Positions 28,445-34,278 of a stretch of DNA of 34,278 nt are shown in pieces. The notes under the pieces are model-generated. The model made no database searches, was not told the origin of the DNA, and saw nothing but the letters and a program-made list of their open reading frames with translations. The position numbers were made by a program, and so were the translations under genes. Position 1 is the stretch's first letter, and the number at the start of each line of letters is the position of its first letter. Source of the DNA: a virus (taxonomy: Duplodnaviria; Caudoviricetes); the IMG/VR virus record IMGVR_UViG_3300012942_000096, positions 1-34,278 of that record. The stretch is one strand, 5' to 3'.

Positions 28445-28756
28445 TTTACACTTCTGGGCCGAAAAAGTGTAAAAAAAATCAAGAAGTGTAAATAAGTGTA
28501 AATGCCTCTGACCAGCAGTTATATAGCACTTTTTACTAGATTTACACTTATTTACACTTTTTGGTCAAAACTTCTCTATACGCGCGAGGGGAGATGATGG
28601 GTGGTCGTGTCGTGCGTCTCGCGCCTCGCGTTCCTATTACGAAACTTTGCGGGACAAAAGTGTAAATCGACCAAAAGTGTAAAAACCGCAGGTCAGAGCT
28701 GTTTTAGAACGCTAAAAAGTGTAAATGGGCAGGTCAAAGCCTAAAAAAAGTGTAAA
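28445..28756. repeat. Iteron cluster, putative replication origin
   Basis: Ten copies of AAGTGTAAA (7 forward, 3 reverse) plus CTCTGACCAGC / GCAGGTCAGAG. Confidence 0.8.
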
Positions 28757-28774
28757 TGACTGTAGGATGGGGCC

Positions 28775-29107
28775 ATGGGACACCTGAAGCCGAATAGCAC
28801 GCCGGGTCGCTCGGAGATGAGCCATGGCCGTGGGCGCTACCCCGATCCGAGAAGTGATTTCCAAAGTAATAGGAATCTGGTTTTTCCCCAGGGCGATGAT
28901 GAAAATGACTTGGTGATGGCATACCAGGCGAGTCTGCGAACGGACGCTACCGTTCCAGATGATGTAATTATGCCTGATATGCTTTATGTCAAAGGTAATC
29001 CTGATGCATTTGGTCCTGGGCCGGAATTAGTTCAGGAAAAGCCGAATCTTCCTCGTGGCGGGTATCCTCAACCGTTCTTGCGCTATGGCGTCATTCGTGA
29101 CGATTAA
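28775..29107 (+). CDS. Hypothetical protein, probably leaderless
   Basis: TAGGAT (28763-68), 6 nt, then ATG. Confidence 0.7.
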   Translation: MGHLKPNSTPGRSEMSHGRGRYPDPRSDFQSNRNLVFPQGDDENDLVMAYQASLRTDATVPDDVIMPDMLYVKGNPDAFGPGPELVQEKPNLPRGGYPQPFLRYGVIRDD

Positions 29108-29124
29108 TTAAATTAGGTGGAGTC

Positions 29125-30522
29125 GTGTCGATTCTAGATGATCTTAATCCCCAAGTTGGTCATTCCAACGATCAGGTTAAGATGTGCGCAAGATGTCGTG
29201 AGCAAAAACCTATCGGTTGTTTTAACCGTAATAAAACCACAAAAGATGGTTTGTATGCGTATTGCCGTTCGTGCCAACGTGAAATCCGTAAGGGATATCG
29301 CGAGTCTAAAAAAGATATGTACTTAGTCAGCAATCGTTTTGACGCAATGATTAAGGGTCAACTCGATCTGAATGTTTTAACTATTCAAGAACTTACCGGT
29401 GGTTTCATTGTCTTAGAAGATGGCACAAAACAGGACGTTTCAGTTGCAGGAAAGGCATTTCAAAACAAGTTTGGTCTTGAATTAACTCGTCGTTTAAACA
29501 AGGTTCTACGCAAGGGCTCTAGTCGTGCTCTTGAGGTTATCTATGAAATTATGGATAGCGACCTTGTTGAACCAGCGGACAGATTCAAAGCTGCCCAATG
29601 GTGGACCGAAAGAGTTATGGGCAAAACTCCTGATATCTTGCATATTGGAACGGAGACGCAACCTCATGAATCTATTTTTGAAACTCTTGTCGGCGGTTCT
29701 CGTGAGGATCATCGAGCGAAGCAACTTGGCCAAGCGATTGATGCAGAAGTTGTCGATATTCAAGACGCAAATGTGGTTGAAGACGAAACCGGTTCGCGCA
29801 GTGATAACGAATCCGATCGTTTCGTGGGCGAACAAGTATTGCAACGAAGCGGGCAAGACGTGGATAGCGAAGCATTCGATGGGATGGATGCAGATAATCG
29901 AACAGCCAACGAAACCGATTCGGATACCAGGAACGGATTACGCGGTGGCAGACGTGAAGATCACCGAATTCGTGTCGGAACCGATGTCGTCCAAAACGTT
30001 GGAGGATTGGCAGGAAATCGAACGACAGATAATCGAGCAGAATCTTCCCATTCCGACGTTGGGAGAAACGTTGGAACAGTTTTCGGAGAGGATGAAGCAA
30101 CGGGGTCTGCTCAACAGCAAGGCATCTCTGTACGAGAGCCAATCAATGATGGAAATGCAGGAAAATCAAGCCAAGCAGAACAAGCTGCGAATGCAATCGT
30201 ACTAAAACAACAAGAGAAAAAGGCTCTCCGCAAGCGTTTAAATGATGCAAAAAAGCGCCGTTTTGCTGCGAGAGCGGTCGGGGCCACATCTCTGGACGCA
30301 GCACCGTGGTTGATCGACTGGCGGGTCACTGAGGATGGGCTACGGGCGTGTCTGGTACCGCCGAGCGCGCAAACACCGGCTAAGCTGTCGGTGATCGCAG
30401 CGAATGCACAAGCAACTGATGATGAACAGTTCGTTGCAACGCAAAGAGCTAATATTTTGCAAATGAAAGCTCAAAAGTTGCAAGAAAAAGCACAAAAAGC
30501 GTTAGGAAAAGCAAATGCTTGA
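29125..30522 (+). CDS. Terminase small subunit-like protein with N-terminal Zn finger
   Basis: VEPADRFKAAQWWTERVMGKTP and IDAEVVD motifs reminiscent of actinophage TerS; upstream of TerL. Confidence 0.55.
   Translation: MSILDDLNPQVGHSNDQVKMCARCREQKPIGCFNRNKTTKDGLYAYCRSCQREIRKGYRESKKDMYLVSNRFDAMIKGQLDLNVLTIQELTGGFIVLEDGTKQDVSVAGKAFQNKFGLELTRRLNKVLRKGSSRALEVIYEIMDSDLVEPADRFKAAQWWTERVMGKTPDILHIGTETQPHESIFETLVGGSREDHRAKQLGQAIDAEVVDIQDANVVEDETGSRSDNESDRFVGEQVLQRSGQDVDSEAFDGMDADNRTANETDSDTRNGLRGGRREDHRIRVGTDVVQNVGGLAGNRTTDNRAESSHSDVGRNVGTVFGEDEATGSAQQQGISVREPINDGNAGKSSQAEQAANAIVLKQQEKKALRKRLNDAKKRRFAARAVGATSLDAAPWLIDWRVTEDGLRACLVPPSAQTPAKLSVIAANAQATDDEQFVATQRANILQMKAQKLQEKAQKALGKANA
29771..30205 (+). 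CDS. Nested out-of-frame ORF (144 aa) inside the TerS-like gene
   Basis: MWLKTKPVR...; protein-like composition where the TerS frame looks disordered. Confidence 0.45.
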   Translation: MWLKTKPVRAVITNPIVSWANKYCNEAGKTWIAKHSMGWMQIIEQPTKPIRIPGTDYAVADVKITEFVSEPMSSKTLEDWQEIERQIIEQNLPIPTLGETLEQFSERMKQRGLLNSKASLYESQSMMEMQENQAKQNKLRMQSY

Positions 30523-30760
30523 GGCGAAAACCTTCACGGCAGTGACTACGCCGACGCTTTTGTCTTTGCCTAATGCGGCTCTGATTAGAAATAACGGTAC
30601 TGATACTGTCTATTTCGGTGGGCCAAATGTTACTGCGGACACTACCGCCACTGGTGGATTTCAGTTAGCTTCGGGCGAAAAACTTCAAGTTAACGATGCA
30701 GAAGACGTATATTTCGTTATTGCCTCTGGAAAATCCGCAACAATCACTGTTTTGAGCTAG
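30515..30760 (+). CDS. Small beta-rich protein, possibly virion-associated
   Basis: IRNNGTDTVYFGGPNVT...GFQLASGE; SD AGGA. Confidence 0.75.
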   Translation: MLEAKTFTAVTTPTLLSLPNAALIRNNGTDTVYFGGPNVTADTTATGGFQLASGEKLQVNDAEDVYFVIASGKSATITVLS

Positions 30761-30769
30761 GAGATTCAA

Positions 30770-31027
30770 ATGGCTAAGCGCATGAAGAAGATGTACGACG
30801 GTCGCAATGTTGCGACTCGTCCGATTCCGGTGATTGTGGATGAATCTGAACGTCGTGCAATTGCAGCAGCAGCGAGCGATTCCAAGCCTTTGGGCGATGT
30901 TGTGCAAATGCCTTCTGGGCCGCGTGCCAAGGCTGCTGGATCGGGCGTTTTGGGCAAGCCTGTTCGTGGCGGTGCTCGCATTAAGGCCGGTAACTATAAC
31001 CCAATTGGCGTTGACGGCAACCGCTAA
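30770..31027 (+). CDS. Hypothetical protein
   Basis: SD AGGAG. Confidence 0.75.
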   Translation: MAKRMKKMYDGRNVATRPIPVIVDESERRAIAAAASDSKPLGDVVQMPSGPRAKAAGSGVLGKPVRGGARIKAGNYNPIGVDGNR

Positions 31028-31065
31028 ATAAAAATTTAAATAGAGTTGTTATGATGATCTCGGTG
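31016..31065 (+). repeat. 50-bp perfect direct repeat, copy 1 (contains a promoter)
   Basis: GGCAACCGCTAAATAAAAATTTAAATAGAGTTGTTATGATGATCTCGGTG. Confidence 0.97.
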
Positions 31066-31091
31066 AATCATGGGAACTGCGGGAATGAACG

Positions 31092-31394
31092 GTGATGGAT
31101 GACGACGAAGACGGCCAGGGATATGACCTGGTGATGCCGTTCCTGCCGGTGCAGTCGAACGGCGGTCCACACAGCGACGATGCGTACGTTGCTGGGTACG
31201 AGATGGGGCTGCTTGACGCGCAGTTGGGCAAGAGTGAGTTCGAGCAGGGGCGCTCGATACACGCCGAGAATCGGGAGCAAGCCGACCTGATCGCCATGCG
31301 CCACGGCTATATATCTGAGTTCACCAGCGACGACGGCACCGGCTGGGTCTGCATGAAGGTGCGCCCACTCACGTCGAATATCAGGTTTACGTAA
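31092..31394 (+). CDS. GC-rich acquired hypothetical protein
   Basis: 100 aa with high-GC codons, between the direct repeats. Confidence 0.75.
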   Translation: MMDDDEDGQGYDLVMPFLPVQSNGGPHSDDAYVAGYEMGLLDAQLGKSEFEQGRSIHAENREQADLIAMRHGYISEFTSDDGTGWVCMKVRPLTSNIRFT

Positions 31395-31494
31395 GAGCAA
31401 AAGAATATCGGCATGGGAGAGATGACCTTGTGGGATCACGTCTGGCCGTGGCTGCGTCACCCGCTCAGCACGGGCCGGGCCGATAAGTGCCCCT

Positions 31495-31544
31495 GGCAAC
31501 CGCTAAATAAAAATTTAAATAGAGTTGTTATGATGATCTCGGTG
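31495..31544 (+). repeat. 50-bp perfect direct repeat, copy 2 (extended -10 TGT-TATGAT at 31526-34)
   Basis: Identical to 31016-31065. Confidence 0.97.
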
Positions 31545-31625
31545 TCGCCGGTCACACGGTCTCATAACGACACCATTCCCCGCGCACGGTACTGACGACT
31601 CCCCGTTGCTGCGGGGATTTGGTGT
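31541..31625 (+). ncRNA. Candidate two-hairpin small RNA (RNA-2)
   Basis: Predicted +1 at G31541 coincides with stem GGTGTCG/CGACACC; second stem TCCCCGC..ACGG/CCGT..GCGGGGA. Confidence 0.6.
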
Positions 31626-31660
31626 AAAAGAAGACAAATAACATGAAATGAGAAGGTTTC

Positions 31661-31819
31661 ATGCCAGTACGTGTCACGATTCTTCTAGAAGACAATATTG
31701 AAGACCTGTCAGCTGTTGACATTGCCGAAGATGTACGAGAGCATTTCCACTTGAAACCAGCTTCGGTTAAAGTATCGAAATTGACAATGCGGCAATACAA
31801 AAAGCTTATGGAGTCCTAA
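31661..31819 (+). CDS. Hypothetical protein (52 aa)
   Basis: Read manually: MPVRVTILLED...; GAAGGT SD. Confidence 0.6.
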   Translation: MPVRVTILLEDNIEDLSAVDIAEDVREHFHLKPASVKVSKLTMRQYKKLMES

Positions 31820-31971
31820 TGCCTCGGCATATGTGTCCTCGTTGTAAGCAACCGTCAAACATGATTTGGGATGGCAAAAAGTGGATTTGCCCTAATCCTG
31901 ATTGCAGCTATAAAGGAGTCGATCAACTTGCCCAGCATGAACCAGATAATCAGGGGCAACCGAATGCCTAA
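31819..31971 (+). CDS. Small Zn-ribbon protein (50 aa)
   Basis: Read manually: CPRC...WICPNPDC; TAATG coupling. Confidence 0.65.
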   Translation: MPRHMCPRCKQPSNMIWDGKKWICPNPDCSYKGVDQLAQHEPDNQGQPNA

Positions 31972-32308
31972 AATCGACGGTATCGACAAAGCGGATATGT
32001 TTTACGATGAAACTCCGCGTGTTCGCTTTGAATATCAGATGAAAGTGAACTGCTATCAAGCACCTTTCGTTTTTCATTACTCAACTGTGCTTGATGGCGT
32101 TGATGATGATATGAAAATCAAGACGCTACATACCGAAGCACAAGTTGGAATGTATAACGCATTGCAGCGCATTTGGCAAAATAATGAAGATGCTGAATTC
32201 GTCGCGTGGCGTTGTTATGACGATAAAGGCGCATTGCTCGAAGAATCCGATGTGCTCTCGATTTATGTCAAAGATACAGGCGAGGTTCGCGCAATTACGC
32301 CCGCATGA
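31964..32308 (+). CDS. Hypothetical protein
   Basis: Track ORF 31871..32308; ATG 31964 preferred. Confidence 0.7.
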   Translation: MPKIDGIDKADMFYDETPRVRFEYQMKVNCYQAPFVFHYSTVLDGVDDDMKIKTLHTEAQVGMYNALQRIWQNNEDAEFVAWRCYDDKGALLEESDVLSIYVKDTGEVRAITPA

Positions 32309-32349
32309 GTAGACAGCACATCATAAGTCGTATATCATCTGATGTATGA
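32305..32349 (+). other. 14-codon mini-ORF, possible original 5' end of terL
   Basis: MSRQHIISRISSDV*; ATGA-coupled at both ends; same frame as terL. Confidence 0.45.
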
Positions 32350-32813
32350 ATACTGAGCAAACAATAAAATGTACTCAGTGTAAACAATTTAAACTGATTT
32401 CTGAATTTTATCCAGATAAGCGCCGTGTTCGGAATTATGGTGTTTCTTCTGTCTGTAAGGCATGTCATAAGATAAATAATAAGAAGTATTATGAAAATAA
32501 TCGCGATCGTATTAAAGAGCAACAGCGTGAACGGCATAAGTTATATTCAGAGCCGGGAAAAATTGTTGTTCGTACTATTCTAGAGGGAAATTATTGTGTC
32601 GATTGTAAAACCACCGATTGGCGTGTATTAGAATTCGATCATGTTCGTGGTGAAAAATTAGGCAACATATGTCAACTAATGTATTTGCCTGATCTTGATA
32701 AATTAATAGAAGAAATTAAAAAGTGTGATATTGTTTGTGCTAACTGTCATAAATTAAGAACCTTCGAGCGCGCTCAGTCGTGGAGATTCGTGCAAGTAGG
32801 TGATTTAAATTAA
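32346..32813 (+). CDS. HNH endonuclease with N-terminal Zn finger
   Basis: CTQC..CKAC; CVDC...LEFDH...CDIVCANCH; AT-rich. Confidence 0.9.
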   Translation: MNTEQTIKCTQCKQFKLISEFYPDKRRVRNYGVSSVCKACHKINNKKYYENNRDRIKEQQRERHKLYSEPGKIVVRTILEGNYCVDCKTTDWRVLEFDHVRGEKLGNICQLMYLPDLDKLIEEIKKCDIVCANCHKLRTFERAQSWRFVQVGDLN

Positions 32814-34278
32814 TAAATGGGACGTCTTAGATGCGAATTATCATGATTCGCAAGGAAAAGTACGTAAGGTTTTTGATCCCCATTCTGTTCAATTAAAACT
32901 TGCTGAATGTATGGCACGCTTTCTTATTGCGTGTTGTGGTCGTCGTCTCGGAAAATCCTATTGGATCGCGCATGAATTCATGCCATATGTCTTCTTGTCG
33001 CGCAAAATGGCAACGTGGTTAAAAGATGAACAAAAACGTATGGAGTTTTGGTCGGTGGGTCCGACCTACTCAGACTCCGAAAAGCCTTTCCGTGTTTTTT
33101 ACAATAAATGCGTCGCATTGGGTATACCATTTGACAAACCAGGAACATATTATTCTCAAGAATCGGGAAACATGACCGTTTCGCTATGGGATGGTGCGTT
33201 CATCTATAGCGCTAAATCGGCTCAATATCCCGAACGCCTCGTTGGGGAAGGTTTGTGGGGCGTGCATCTTGAAGAAGCTGCAAAACTAAAAGAAATTGTC
33301 TGGAAACAGATGATTCAGCCTACATTGGGTGACTTCGACGGTTTTGCTAAGTTTTCCACTACGCCAGAAGGCAAAAACTGGCTGTATCGTGAATTTCGCA
33401 ATGCTCAAACCGCACCAAACTGGGCGGCATTTCGTTTTCCTTCGTGGCACAACCCATGGGTTTATAAAACAGAAACTAATGATGCGCATGTTCGCGCAAT
33501 GATAAAAATTATGGCAGAACATCCCGGTGAAACACCGTTTGATATTGCTAAAAAACTGAATTTGGTGATTGATGAACAAGTCTTGCAGATGGCTAATGAC
33601 AATACGATTCCACTTTTTCAGCAAGAGTATGGAGCTGAGTTTACCGATTTCGTCGGAAAAGTGTTTAAAGATTTTGATGAAGACGTTCACACACGCCCAC
33701 TTTCATTCAATCCGAAATGGGAGACTGTGGCTGCGGTTGACTATGGTTATCGTAACCCCAACGTGTGGTTGCTCATCCAAATCGGACCCTGGGGAGAAAT
33801 AAATGTCATTGATGAGTTCTACCAAAGGGACCTCACTCCCTCCGAATTTGCCAACGAGATTTTGCGACGGGACTTGTGTCCCGATTCTTGTTCAGAATTC
33901 TTCCCCGACCCTGCATCTCCTGGGAGCACTGCGGAAATCGAAAATATATTCCGTAAAGCTGGGAAGCGCGTTCGTTCTAGAGGCCACACCGGCGGCGAAA
34001 TTAATGATCGGCTCAACCTCATTAGACTTGCCTTGCGAGACAGAATCACCGATAACGATAAAAGCCAACCGCTGTGGGTAGCTAAATATCCTAATGCTGC
34101 ACGAGGCGATAGACCGTTGGATATGCGTCGTCCTCGTTTGATGATTAATACAAAATGCGTTAACACGATTTACGAATTTTCTGAATACCGTTATCCAGAA
34201 AAGAAAGATGAAGAAGCAGAAACCAGTACGAAAAACTACGAAACACCGATGAAAAAAGACGACCACACGCCAGAAGCG
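32809..34278 (+). CDS. terL: Terminase large subunit (3'-truncated by the window; start non-canonical)
   Basis: Read manually: PHSVQ, CGRRLGKS, VHLEEAAK, STTPEG, AVDYGY, KDDH; frame open from 32809. Confidence 0.93.
   Translation, partial: MNKWDVLDANYHDSQGKVRKVFDPHSVQLKLAECMARFLIACCGRRLGKSYWIAHEFMPYVFLSRKMATWLKDEQKRMEFWSVGPTYSDSEKPFRVFYNKCVALGIPFDKPGTYYSQESGNMTVSLWDGAFIYSAKSAQYPERLVGEGLWGVHLEEAAKLKEIVWKQMIQPTLGDFDGFAKFSTTPEGKNWLYREFRNAQTAPNWAAFRFPSWHNPWVYKTETNDAHVRAMIKIMAEHPGETPFDIAKKLNLVIDEQVLQMANDNTIPLFQQEYGAEFTDFVGKVFKDFDEDVHTRPLSFNPKWETVAAVDYGYRNPNVWLLIQIGPWGEINVIDEFYQRDLTPSEFANEILRRDLCPDSCSEFFPDPASPGSTAEIENIFRKAGKRVRSRGHTGGEINDRLNLIRLALRDRITDNDKSQPLWVAKYPNAARGDRPLDMRRPRLMINTKCVNTIYEFSEYRYPEKKDEEAETSTKNYETPMKKDDHTPEA

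Noticed and set aside
31016-31544. IS/transposon or att-site prophage
   Set aside because: No transposase, integrase or terminal inverted repeats; 50 bp is far longer than usual target duplications
31541-31575. tRNA-Met (7-bp stem, CTCATAA, ends ACCA)
   Set aside because: Only 35 nt with no D or T arm; treated as part of RNA-2
32326-32820. Group I intron in terL
   Set aside because: The insert is almost entirely HNH coding sequence, with no room for or sign of a P3-P7 core
127-34266. Minus-strand ORFs in the track (e.g. 127..1047, 5957..6529, 22501..23046)
   Set aside because: Antisense shadows of well-supported + genes, with no recognisable motifs

Overview
About 34 kb of a tailed actinobacteriophage, probably with a Mycobacterium-type host (DUF732 gene, SigA-like and leaderless promoters), and noticeably AT-richer than such hosts by eye. 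All credible genes are on the + strand. Order: early accessory genes (DUF932, DUF732, lipoprotein), SNF2 helicase, Cas4-like exonuclease / Sak4-like ATPase / SSB-like module, tRNA-Leu(UAA), DnaE, RuvC-like resolvase, HNH, papain-like peptidase, primase-polymerase/helicase followed by an iteron-rich putative origin, then the packaging region (TerS-like, HNH, TerL running off the end). No integrase, CRISPR array or IS element was seen. Main candidate novelty: two, possibly three, intergenic multi-hairpin RNAs (8840-9001, 31541-31625, perhaps 13727-13798) whose large loops are exact complements of motifs recurring at phage translation starts (GAGAACGGAG, GGAGTCG, CAACGATG). In both main RNAs the anti-start loop lies 5' of the anti-SD loop, and both match the primase-helicase leader. 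Also notable: TerL lacks a canonical start because an HNH gene appears inserted in its 5' end, a plausible gene nested out of frame inside TerS, and a foreign gene captured between 50-bp promoter duplicates. Family calls come from motif recognition only; no searches were run.
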